A stretch of DNA of 64,000 bases from an uncultured virus (IMG/VR IMGVR_UViG_3300020048_000046) (lineage: Duplodnaviria; Heunggongvirae; Uroviricota; Caudoviricetes): IMG/VR virus record IMGVR_UViG_3300020048_000046. The stretch is one strand, 5' to 3'. The notes under the pieces are model-generated. The model was not told where the DNA came from. It did no database searches and saw only the letters and a program-made list of their open reading frames with translations. The translations under genes were made by a program, and so were the position numbers. The number at the start of each line of letters is the position of its first letter. The stretch's first letter is position 1. Positions 48,038-56,866 of this stretch are shown in pieces.

Positions 48038-49312
48038 GTTGCTATACTAAAAGTAGAAAAAAAATTACAAGTATTTAAAGCGGGAGAACCCGCAAATGCT
48101 ATTGAAGTTATTAGACTTTGTGATGATAATGGAGATTCTTTAGAATTTAATATTATCGCAGGTAAAGACTTAAATGAAGTTGGAGATTATGGTATTTATA
48201 TCATGCCCGATTTTTGTTTGTCTGAGCGAAATTATTTTATGGAATATCTTGCACCTGGTGGAGATCCATCTAAATGCAAGTTAGGCAAAGGAAACAGAAT
48301 TAAAGCAATTAAATTTAATTTCTCTTTCGAAAGAGAAATGGATCCAATCTATTCTAATGGGATTTTTATTAATTTAAAATTCTTACCAGAATTTGATCAT
48401 AATCAAAATCTACAAGAGTTTTTCGGCATTACTAAATATGTTGCTGCAGATAATGCAGAATCTATGAAATCTGGATTGACCAAAGGAGATTTACCAGATT
48501 TTCTATATGCAACAGATGAAACTAGAATTGAAACTATCAAGAAACATGTAAATATGGTTTTTGAAGAAGATGAGGAAATTGCATTTACTCTTAAAAGAGA
48601 TGGTTCATCAATCACGAATTTTTATAAAATTGAACCGGAAGGTTCCAGGGTTGGTGTATGTTCTAGAAATCAAGAAAAGAAACTTGAACAAGAAATGACA
48701 ACTAACTATATTGATAATGATGGTGTTCAATTGCATAGATACTTCAATAGAACAGAAAATGGGAATATCCATGGTTGGTTTAATGATTCTTCTCAAAAAT
48801 TCTACACAGAAGAAGAAGTTGAAGCCTTGGGTCTGAAACCAATCATTGTTGAAATCAGAGATTCTTTTGTTGATACAACTAAGAAACACGGATATTTAGA
48901 TAAATTGACTAAATATTGCGAAGATAATAATGTTCAACTTGCTCTTAGAGGTGAATTAATCGGTGGAAGCGGTGGTTCTAAAGGTTCTGGTAATAAATTG
49001 AACCAAGATTGTAAAGGAGATTCTAAAGTTGTTTGGTTTGGTGTTGATGATTTATCTCTTGGTAAAGCAACAAGGATTCACTATGGTTTACCACATAATT
49101 TAAAAGATGTTTGTGAAACATTAGACCTGGAATATACTAAACCCGTATATATCGGAAAATTAGATTATGATGAAATTATTAAAAAAGGTAATGAAATCTT
49201 TGCAGAATATAAAAAAAATAATCATATATTAGAGGGTATTGTTATTAGAACAACAAAGTCTAATCGATTGTCCTGCAAGTACTTAAATCCAGACTATGAT
49301 AGTCGTAAATAA
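48038..49312 (+). CDS. RNA ligase, DRB0094-like (start codon not found)
   Basis: TLKRDGSS (motif I), CSRN, LRGELIG, EGIVIR, KYLN; frame is open upstream of 48203 (ANAIEV...VGDYGIYIMPD) back to a TAA at 48035. Confidence 0.8.
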   Translation, partial: VAILKVEKKLQVFKAGEPANAIEVIRLCDDNGDSLEFNIIAGKDLNEVGDYGIYIMPDFCLSERNYFMEYLAPGGDPSKCKLGKGNRIKAIKFNFSFEREMDPIYSNGIFINLKFLPEFDHNQNLQEFFGITKYVAADNAESMKSGLTKGDLPDFLYATDETRIETIKKHVNMVFEEDEEIAFTLKRDGSSITNFYKIEPEGSRVGVCSRNQEKKLEQEMTTNYIDNDGVQLHRYFNRTENGNIHGWFNDSSQKFYTEEEVEALGLKPIIVEIRDSFVDTTKKHGYLDKLTKYCEDNNVQLALRGELIGGSGGSKGSGNKLNQDCKGDSKVVWFGVDDLSLGKATRIHYGLPHNLKDVCETLDLEYTKPVYIGKLDYDEIIKKGNEIFAEYKKNNHILEGIVIRTTKSNRLSCKYLNPDYDSRK

Positions 49313-49323
49313 TTTTTACTTAA

Positions 49324-49353
49324 AAAAGAGATAGGTGTCTGCCTATCTCTTTT
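49324..49353 (+). terminator. intrinsic terminator
   Basis: aaaagagatagg-tgtctg-cctatctctttt. Confidence 0.75.
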
Positions 49354-49371
49354 CATATCAGACCATTTATT

Positions 49372-49785
49372 ATGATATATATATTCTCTCCATTAGCTAA
49401 TAATAATTTACACATAGAAGTAGATAACATTATATCTTTTTATATAAATCATGAAAGTTATAACAATAATCACTTTAACTCATTCGGTGATAGTTATGAT
49501 TTTTTAGAAAAAAATAGAAATGATATAACTCACATGATATGGGAATATAGTGATCAATTTCATATAAAAAAATATGAAATATTCTTAAGTCATGAAAAAT
49601 TACATAATTTAGTAAATTATGCTATGATAATACAGGAATATTTTACATGGGGAAATGATAAAATTAAAGGTGGATTACTTGAAGAGTATAAATGGTATTA
49701 TATTGATGATGAAAAAATAAATGATCGAGATTTTTTAAATAAATCTAGGATAGCTAAATTAAAACGAATATTAGATGAAACTTAA
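49372..49785 (+). CDS. hypothetical protein with RIAKLKRIL tag
   Basis: 137-aa ORF. Confidence 0.6.
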   Translation: MIYIFSPLANNNLHIEVDNIISFYINHESYNNNHFNSFGDSYDFLEKNRNDITHMIWEYSDQFHIKKYEIFLSHEKLHNLVNYAMIIQEYFTWGNDKIKGGLLEEYKWYYIDDEKINDRDFLNKSRIAKLKRILDET

Positions 49786-50047
49786 AGCCGGAGAAAAATA
49801 TACACATATATATCCAGTGAATGGAGAATGGGTTATATGTACAGTTATTAAAGAAGAAGTATATGGGTATTTAAAAGATGGTATTTATATTTTATCTAAC
49901 TTAAACGGATATGCTTTTAAAACAAATATCATTGTTGATGATCCATATGTATATGCTATTGATGGTGTAATATGTGAAAACTATAATGATTTCTTACGAA
50001 AATCAAGAAAAATTAAATTGAAAAGAATTATTTTAGAAGATTTTTAA
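49775..50047 (+). CDS. hypothetical protein with RKIKLKRII tag
   Basis: 90-aa ORF. Confidence 0.6.
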   Translation: MKLKAGEKYTHIYPVNGEWVICTVIKEEVYGYLKDGIYILSNLNGYAFKTNIIVDDPYVYAIDGVICENYNDFLRKSRKIKLKRIILEDF

Positions 50048-50063
50048 AAAATATTTTTTATAT

Positions 50064-50092
50064 TAAACTTTATAATAATATTAAACTATAAA
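50064..50092 (+). promoter_or_regulatory. putative phage promoter, AAAC-N18-TATAA class
   Basis: TAAAC 50064-50068, N18, TATAAA 50087-50092. Confidence 0.55.
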
Positions 50093-50116
50093 AATAAAAC
50101 AAAAAATAATAATATT

Positions 50117-51241
50117 ATGAGTGTAATTAATGTAAAAAGTCAAACAGAACTTTCAGGGTTCCATATTTTATTCCGTGGTGGAATACAAAAAGAAAGAAAA
50201 GGTTTCTTCGGGGTACAACATTTATGTGAGCACATTTTTTTCAAGTCTTTAGAACCATTATTAAATGATTTTGATAGATATGGTATAAGTAATAACGCAT
50301 ATACTTCTGAAAATGAGGTACTTGTATATTTCTATGGTTTAGATGAAAATTTGTCAAATTATAGAGAAGAAATTTTGAGTAAATTATTATCGTTTGATGT
50401 TACAGAAGAAGATTTTAACCGTGAAAAATTAGTTGTGATTAAAGAATATCTAAAATATTTTAATGTTCAAGAATATTCACACGGTTTAAATTTAAATAGA
50501 AAATTATTTGGTAGTTTTGGACCAATAGGCTTAAAAGAAGATTTAGACAATTTATCTTATGATGATTTTATGATCTACTTTAGAGATAATTTTTCAAAAC
50601 CACACACTATAATTAATGTTTCGAAAAATAGTGAATTTTCAACAGATATTGAATTTTCAACAGAATCTTTTGACGATGTAATTCATTATGGTCAATATGA
50701 TGTCCCATATGAACCATATGAAGGCAGAAATGGAATATCAAGTATAATTTATTTATCTGAAGTAATACTAGATGATTTCGCTCATGTTGATTTTATTTGT
50801 GATATGTTAGGTAGTGGATTACAATCTCCATTATATAAAATAATAAGAAGCGAAAAAAGTTTATGTTATTCTCTTAGTTGCTCATTGGATAGAATGACAA
50901 ATAAAAGCGGTCTAGTATGTATATCATCAGAAACAACTGATGAAAATGTTGAAGTATTTCAAAAAACAGTTGAATATATCTTATCTAATCCGGATATATT
51001 TATGACACAAGAAAGATTTGATATTGTTAAACAGGCATTAGAAATTAATATTAAAAAATCTGAAATCAACCGGTATAGTAATGTAAACAAATATATTACT
51101 CCTAAAGAATGGTTAATAGAACCTATCCTTAAAGATTTGACTTTGGAAAAAATCATGGAAGTATATTCTAAATATTTTGATTTTTCTAAATATTATAAAT
51201 CGATTGATGTTATTGAATTTCCAGAATCGATTAAAGAATAA
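50117..51241 (+). CDS. M16 (insulinase) family zinc peptidase
   Basis: GVQHLCEHIFF (HxxEH), NAYT, REKLVVIKE, SPLYKIIRSEKSLCY. Confidence 0.88.
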   Translation: MSVINVKSQTELSGFHILFRGGIQKERKGFFGVQHLCEHIFFKSLEPLLNDFDRYGISNNAYTSENEVLVYFYGLDENLSNYREEILSKLLSFDVTEEDFNREKLVVIKEYLKYFNVQEYSHGLNLNRKLFGSFGPIGLKEDLDNLSYDDFMIYFRDNFSKPHTIINVSKNSEFSTDIEFSTESFDDVIHYGQYDVPYEPYEGRNGISSIIYLSEVILDDFAHVDFICDMLGSGLQSPLYKIIRSEKSLCYSLSCSLDRMTNKSGLVCISSETTDENVEVFQKTVEYILSNPDIFMTQERFDIVKQALEINIKKSEINRYSNVNKYITPKEWLIEPILKDLTLEKIMEVYSKYFDFSKYYKSIDVIEFPESIKE

Positions 51242-51244
51242 TAT

Positions 51245-51571
51245 ATGAAATATATTTATTTTGAAATTCATAGTGTTGAGGGTGGATTTTCTCCAGAAGA
51301 ACCACACATGCAGAACGAAAATATACTTTTTTTAAAACCAAAAACAAATAGCGGGGGTTATTGGGGATATAAAAATATCACTATTCTAAATAATACAAAT
51401 TATACACCAAGAATATGTAGTATAGTAGAACAAAACTGGATAGATTTAACAAAATATAAACCAAAGGAAACATATGACAAATTAGATAAACAAGTGCAAG
51501 AATGTTTAGATAAAATAAATATAAAATTAAGAGAAGAAAAATTAAATAGAATTTTAGATGATCATATGTAA
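51245..51571 (+). CDS. hypothetical protein with REEKLNRIL tag
   Basis: 108-aa ORF. Confidence 0.6.
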   Translation: MKYIYFEIHSVEGGFSPEEPHMQNENILFLKPKTNSGGYWGYKNITILNNTNYTPRICSIVEQNWIDLTKYKPKETYDKLDKQVQECLDKINIKLREEKLNRILDDHM

Positions 51572-51605
51572 TCCGAGAATAAAAAAATAAAACAAATAAG
51601 AAAAT

Positions 51606-52652
51606 ATGAAGAAAATAGAAATGAAATTTGATTGGGATGATATTTTAATTCCTGCAGACGTAATAACAGATATTGTACATCGTAAAGATGTAAATATTTT
51701 TGATAATAATGGATATTTGCCATTATTTACTGCACCAATGGATACAGTTATAAACAAAGAAAATTTACACATATTCGAAGAAAATAAAATTATTCCAATT
51801 TTACCAAGAACAGAAAAGATAGATAATTATGATAACTGGTTTTCCGTAGGTTTAAAGGACTTTGAAGATATTATTAATGAATCCCCTATTTGTACAATGA
51901 AAGTACTCTTAGATGTCGCAAATGGGCATATGAGTCAAGTTTTAGACTTAACTAAGAGAGCTAAAGAAAAATTCGGTGATAATATGACATTAATGGTTGG
52001 AAATATTGCTAATCCAAAAACATATGAAGTTTTATCTAATGCCGGTGCAGATTATATTAGATGTGGGGTGGGTAATGGCGGTGGTTGTTTAACAACTGAA
52101 CAGAGTGGCATTGGCTACCCTATGGCATCATTAATTAGTGAAATTTATGAAATTTCTTGTACCTTATTAAATCCAGCAAAAATTGTAGCTGATGGTGGTT
52201 TTAAAAAATATGCTGATATTATAAAAGCACTTGCATTAGGAGCAGACTATGTTATGATTGGAAGTATCTTTAATAAAGCATTAGAAAGTTGTGGTGACAC
52301 ATTTAGAGAAATAAAAGTTCATAATAGTTGGTCAGAACCCGGGGAACTAGTTAATCAATATAATATAGATATTAAGAATATGTTTAAAAACGGTACAAAT
52401 TTTTATAAGAAATTTAGGGGTATGAGTACAAAAGATGTTCAAAAATCTCTTGGAAACACTGAATTAAAAACATCTGAAGGAATTAGTAAAATAAATAAAG
52501 TTGAATACACATTAGATGGATGGGTGGACAATTTTAGTCACTATTTAAGAAATAATATGTCATATACTAATTGTTTTGAATTAAATGAATATATTGGGAA
52601 AGTCGAATATGTTATGATTACACCGAATGCTTTTAAAAGATTTAATAAGTAA
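51606..52652 (+). CDS. GMP reductase / IMP dehydrogenase family enzyme (no CBS domains)
   Basis: APMDTV, DVANGH, GVGNGGGCLT (catalytic Cys), VADGG, GADYVMIG, FRGMS, SEG. Confidence 0.85.
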   Translation: MKKIEMKFDWDDILIPADVITDIVHRKDVNIFDNNGYLPLFTAPMDTVINKENLHIFEENKIIPILPRTEKIDNYDNWFSVGLKDFEDIINESPICTMKVLLDVANGHMSQVLDLTKRAKEKFGDNMTLMVGNIANPKTYEVLSNAGADYIRCGVGNGGGCLTTEQSGIGYPMASLISEIYEISCTLLNPAKIVADGGFKKYADIIKALALGADYVMIGSIFNKALESCGDTFREIKVHNSWSEPGELVNQYNIDIKNMFKNGTNFYKKFRGMSTKDVQKSLGNTELKTSEGISKINKVEYTLDGWVDNFSHYLRNNMSYTNCFELNEYIGKVEYVMITPNAFKRFNK

Positions 52653-53032
52653 TGAACATAACTTTGAATCAACCAATTACAAATATTAAAAAATTATCTA
52701 AATTAGATTATATTAATCGCTTAGATGACCATAGCAATATATCATTATATTATATTATTTGTAATGAAATTCAAAAATATCATTATATGTTTTGGGATTT
52801 AGAAACAATTTTAAAATTAAAAAATACGGTATATCAGATTATTATCTCATTTTACCAAGAATATAGTCAAACACATATTGATGATATTATTGATGTAGAT
52901 ATTGATATATTATCAATAGTTTTTAAAAATGGATATTTAAATAATATAATTTATAATCCAATAGATAAACATAAAATTATTTCAGAATTTAGAGAAATAA
53001 AATTAAAAAGAATTTTAAATAAACATTTTTAA
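52652..53032 (+). CDS. hypothetical protein with REIKLKRIL tag
   Basis: 126-aa ORF. Confidence 0.6.
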   Translation: MNITLNQPITNIKKLSKLDYINRLDDHSNISLYYIICNEIQKYHYMFWDLETILKLKNTVYQIIISFYQEYSQTHIDDIIDVDIDILSIVFKNGYLNNIIYNPIDKHKIISEFREIKLKRILNKHF

Positions 53033-53048
53033 TTATTTCAACTATAAT
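53020..53048 (+). promoter_or_regulatory. putative phage promoter (AAAC-N18-TATAA) for the MKIRNG array
   Basis: TAAAC 53020-53024, N18, TATAAT 53043-53048. Confidence 0.55.
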
Positions 53049-53085
53049 AAAAAAAGCAACATATAAATAATAGGAGGAAATAAAA

Positions 53086-53439
53086 ATGAAAATTAGAAAT
53101 GGTTTTGTAAGCAATTCAAGTTCAAGCAGCTTTGTTATTTTTGGAGCATGTTTGGATAAATCAGAATTATTTGATTTGGTTAAATCAACATTAACAGAAG
53201 AACAAATTAAGTATATTCAAGAAGATGGTGAAAGTCTAACTGAATTTTTGGACCCAACCACAAAATTAAAGATTAGAGAAGATTATGAGTGTGAAGAAAT
53301 TTATATCGGAAGAGATTGGTCTTCTATTGGTGATGATGAAACCGGTAGACAATTCAAAGAAAATGTTGAATCTGAGATGTGTAGAATATTAGGGAAAAAT
53401 ATAGATTGTAGAACACTCGATATAACAATAGGAGGTTAA
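53086..53439 (+). CDS. MKIRNGFVSNSSSSSF-leader protein 1
   Basis: Shared 16-aa N-terminus. Confidence 0.8.
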   Translation: MKIRNGFVSNSSSSSFVIFGACLDKSELFDLVKSTLTEEQIKYIQEDGESLTEFLDPTTKLKIREDYECEEIYIGRDWSSIGDDETGRQFKENVESEMCRILGKNIDCRTLDITIGG

Positions 53440-53440
53440 T

Positions 53441-53818
53441 ATGAAAATAAGAAGTGGTTTTGTAAGTAATTCATCTTCAAGTTCTTTTATCATATTATTA
53501 CCAGATAACTTCAATGTTGATAAACATGTTGAAGAACATTGGGATGAGTTTGACTCCAATAGTATTGGTGATATTATAGATGAGTTTGAAGATGAATTTG
53601 AAGAAGGTATGGATGAGGACATTTTCGCAAAAGAAAAGGTTAAAGATATGATTAACAAATTTATTAAAGATGGTTATGTTGATCAAGAAGGATTATCATA
53701 TTATATTATTGATAGTTGTTTGGATGATTATTGTATTGCCAGTGTTGAAGTTTCAAGCGATTATGGAACAGGCACATTAGCGAATAAAGAACAAATAAAA
53801 AAAATATTAGGGATATGA
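53441..53818 (+). CDS. MKIRSGFVSNSSSSSF-leader protein 2
   Basis: Shared N-terminus, acidic body. Confidence 0.8.
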   Translation: MKIRSGFVSNSSSSSFIILLPDNFNVDKHVEEHWDEFDSNSIGDIIDEFEDEFEEGMDEDIFAKEKVKDMINKFIKDGYVDQEGLSYYIIDSCLDDYCIASVEVSSDYGTGTLANKEQIKKILGI

Positions 53819-54270
53819 AAATAAGAAATGGTTTTGTAAGTAATAGTTCAAGCAGTTCATTTGTGTGTAATGTTTGTGGTTCTGAATGTAGTGGGTGGGA
53901 TATGAATCTGAATGAAGCAGAAATGATGGTATGTGAAAATGGACATATTTTTTGTGATACACATGCAATATTGAACAATAAAGAATTATCAATATTACTA
54001 TTGGAAAAAAATTCAAAAGATAATGATCTATTAGAAGAAGTTAAAAATTCAAATATGTGTAATTATGATTATGATGATATTTTGGATAAATATGATTCAA
54101 GATATGAATGTCCTAAAGAGAATTGTCCAATATGTTCAATGGTAAATATATTAGATAAAGATATGCTCAATTATTTATTGAAGAAATATAATATTTCAGC
54201 CGTTGAAGTTAAAGATAATATTAAAAAAGAATTTAATTCTTTTGAAGAATTTAAAAATTATATAAAATAA
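53815..54270 (+). CDS. MKIRNG-leader protein 3 (Cys/His-rich, likely Zn-binding)
   Basis: CNVCG, CENGHIFCDTH, CPKENCPIC. Confidence 0.8.
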   Translation: MKIRNGFVSNSSSSSFVCNVCGSECSGWDMNLNEAEMMVCENGHIFCDTHAILNNKELSILLLEKNSKDNDLLEEVKNSNMCNYDYDDILDKYDSRYECPKENCPICSMVNILDKDMLNYLLKKYNISAVEVKDNIKKEFNSFEEFKNYIK

Positions 54271-54271
54271 C

Positions 54272-54556
54272 ATGAAAATAAGAAATGGTTTTGTAAGTAA
54301 TAGTTCAAGTAGTTCATTCATTATCCTGGGGGTTAAATCAAATGAACAATATGATGGTCCGGGTATAGATTCAATATATATTGAAGAACCTGATTATGAT
54401 TATGTCAACGGAATTAAAATAATTGATAGTGATTATTTTGATGAAATTGAGGAATTGTCTTTAGATACTATGAATGAATATGTTGAAAAAATATCAACAA
54501 CCCTAAATGTTGAAAAAAGTGAAATAAAATTAATTTATGGTTGTAGACAATGTTAA
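54272..54556 (+). CDS. MKIRNG-leader protein 4
   Basis: Shared N-terminus; ends YGCRQC. Confidence 0.8.
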   Translation: MKIRNGFVSNSSSSSFIILGVKSNEQYDGPGIDSIYIEEPDYDYVNGIKIIDSDYFDEIEELSLDTMNEYVEKISTTLNVEKSEIKLIYGCRQC

Positions 54557-54573
54557 AATGAAAATAATAAAAT

Positions 54574-54931
54574 ATGAAAATAAGAAACGGTTTTGTAAGT
54601 AATAGTTCAAGTAGTTCATTCATTGTACATGGTACAGAATTATCATTAGAGGAATCTTCTAAATTATTTGTGGATGATGATTATTATACCTTTTCATACA
54701 AAAATAATATTATAATAAAACAAAATAGATATTATTTTGGTGGAGAATTAGACGGATATATTATTGGTATATCTGGTGGAGAATTATCTGATGGTGTAGT
54801 AACAAAAAATAGATAATTTAACTGATGAAGATAAACAAGAAATTGTAGAGAAATTGAGATTTTTGGGTATTGATAGAACGATAGATGATATTTTTGTTTA
54901 TGCACAATATGTAAGTAATGATAATTATTAA
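54574..54931 (+). pseudogene. MKIRNG-leader protein 5, +1 frameshift
   Basis: Removing one A from A6 at 54804-54809 extends the ORF (...KIDNLTDEDKQEIV...YVSNDNY) to TAA 54929-54931. Confidence 0.65.
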
Positions 54932-54947
54932 AAAATAAAAATAAATT

Positions 54948-55340
54948 ATGAAAATAAGAAATGGTTTTGTAAGTAATAGTTCAAGTAGTTCATTTTTGAT
55001 TTTATCAAAAAATGGTGAGTTATCAAAAGAAATTTTGTTGAATAGTTTTAATGTAAGTGATAAATCTCCATTATATCCTATGGTTAAACAAATGGTAAAA
55101 GAAATCATTAATTCATCTGAAGAATTATCGATTGATGATTATATTCAAAATTATTATCATGATGAAGAAGATATGAAAGAAATTGATCCAATAAGATATG
55201 AAATGATTGAAAAAGTAAGAAATAATAATTGGAAAATTTACATTAGTGATGCTGATAGTTGTGATCAACCGGCATTGTGTGAAATGGAATTGAATTATGA
55301 AGATGATAATATTTTAATTGAAAAAGAAGGAGGTTATTAA
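54948..55340 (+). CDS. MKIRNG-leader protein 6
   Basis: Shared N-terminus. Confidence 0.8.
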   Translation: MKIRNGFVSNSSSSSFLILSKNGELSKEILLNSFNVSDKSPLYPMVKQMVKEIINSSEELSIDDYIQNYYHDEEDMKEIDPIRYEMIEKVRNNNWKIYISDADSCDQPALCEMELNYEDDNILIEKEGGY

Positions 55341-55341
55341 T

Positions 55342-55719
55342 ATGAAAATAAGAAATGGTTTTGTGAGTAATTCAAGCTCAAGTAGTTTTATTTTAATTGG
55401 TGTTAAAATAATGAATAATAAGAATATTATCAAAGAATTATGTCAGAAATATTTTAACAATGAAACAATTTTATCATATGGTAATCCAGAAGATTTGAAT
55501 TTTGATTGGTATGAACTATTTTTTGAAAATAACGATAAATTTAATTTTGATATCATTTATACTGATAATATTTTATATTTGGGTGAAAAATTATTTGACG
55601 GAGATGAATTAAGTGATGGTATAATTAAAATAAATGATATTGTTTCGTGCACCGAAAAAATGAAAAAATATTTTCCGGATGATGATTGTGGTATACATTA
55701 TGGAACATATTATTGTTAA
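55342..55719 (+). CDS. MKIRNG-leader protein 7
   Basis: Start at ATG 55342; ends YGTYYC. Confidence 0.8.
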   Translation: MKIRNGFVSNSSSSSFILIGVKIMNNKNIIKELCQKYFNNETILSYGNPEDLNFDWYELFFENNDKFNFDIIYTDNILYLGEKLFDGDELSDGIIKINDIVSCTEKMKKYFPDDDCGIHYGTYYC

Positions 55720-55796
55720 ATGAATGAAAAATCTCTTAGGAGATTTTTTTTATAATAATAAAATACCTATCTTTGCAAAAAAATAAGAAAAAACAT

Positions 55797-56468
55797 ATGA
55801 AAATAAGAAATGGTTTTGTGAGCAATAGTTCAAGTAGTTCATTTATTGTTATTTGGGATAAAAAGCCGGAATCAATTGATGAGATACAAAAAATATTATT
55901 CAATGATCAAAAATTTATACAGCATTATTCGGATAAACATAGTACAGCATTATTATCAAAAAGAATTTTGAATGATACATATGGTGCATCAGAGGAAGAT
56001 ATATTAGATTTTATTGGTGGGTTATTTGATTTTTCAGATTACGGAGGTTTTAAATGGTATAATAAGGGATATAAACCAGATCAGTTATTATTAGATCAAT
56101 TTGAGGAAGAACACCCAGTCATAAAAAAATTATTAAGCGATAGCTGGGATATTGTGAAGAAATATTCGGATAAGGATAGAATTAGAATAAATAGGATATT
56201 GAAGCTTAAAACAATATTAGATGATAAAATATCTGACTATGATAAAGAATATATCACAGCCGAAAAAAATATTGATTATTGTAACAGGATATTATACGGA
56301 AAAGAAAATAAGCACACATTAGATTCATATCAAAAATTTATGACGGATTTTAAAGATAAGTTTATATCCATATATGAGTTTAGTGATAATAGTGGTTCAT
56401 TAGAATCTTGTTTAGAACATTACGGTGTATTTGATAATTTAACTTATTTTACCATTAGTCAACATTAA
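55797..56468 (+). CDS. MKIRNG-leader protein 8
   Basis: Start at ATG 55797 after a hairpin (~55727-55751) and TATCTTTG 55768-55775; internal RILKLKTIL. Confidence 0.8.
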   Translation: MKIRNGFVSNSSSSSFIVIWDKKPESIDEIQKILFNDQKFIQHYSDKHSTALLSKRILNDTYGASEEDILDFIGGLFDFSDYGGFKWYNKGYKPDQLLLDQFEEEHPVIKKLLSDSWDIVKKYSDKDRIRINRILKLKTILDDKISDYDKEYITAEKNIDYCNRILYGKENKHTLDSYQKFMTDFKDKFISIYEFSDNSGSLESCLEHYGVFDNLTYFTISQH

Positions 56469-56469
56469 T

Positions 56470-56647
56470 ATGAAAAAAAGGGTATCTTATTCCGAATTTG
56501 AATATTGCTAACAATAAATTTTGGGATTTGTGGCGTAGTATTCCTAATAAATCTCCGGTAATATATACTGAATATGAAAAATATAAAACTATATGTGATT
56601 TATATAGAAAACAAAAATTAAAGAGAATATTAAAAATAAAAATATGA
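56470..56647 (+). pseudogene. small RKQKLKRIL-tag gene with +1 frameshift
   Basis: ATG followed by A7; removing one A gives MKKGYLIPNL...YRKQKLKRILKIKI. Confidence 0.5.
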
Positions 56648-56853
56648 TATATTTTATTGTTTGGATGGCTATTGGATTATTATTTCATTTGCTTTCCTTT
56701 ACCATAGTTTTAAATAGAAATAAATTATTGGATGATCCGTTATTAAACGATTTTACGAATGATATAAGTATTTTTTTAATTACCGTGATTATGTTTATTT
56801 TATTAGGTCCTTTAGTATTATTGTTTCTAATAAAAAAAAGCACATCCAACTGA
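56644..56853 (+). CDS. small two-helix membrane protein
   Basis: Two hydrophobic segments. Confidence 0.55.
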   Translation: MIYFIVWMAIGLLFHLLSFTIVLNRNKLLDDPLLNDFTNDISIFLITVIMFILLGPLVLLFLIKKSTSN

Positions 56854-56866
56854 TGTGCTTTTTTTT
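56832..56866. terminator. bidirectional intrinsic terminator
   Basis: A8-gcacatc-caact-gatgtgc-T8 between convergent genes. Confidence 0.8.

Noticed and set aside
53086..55844. 48-nt near-repeats as CRISPR, attC-like or other DNA elements
   Set aside because: They are in-frame gene starts whose variation is almost entirely synonymous, so conservation is at protein level
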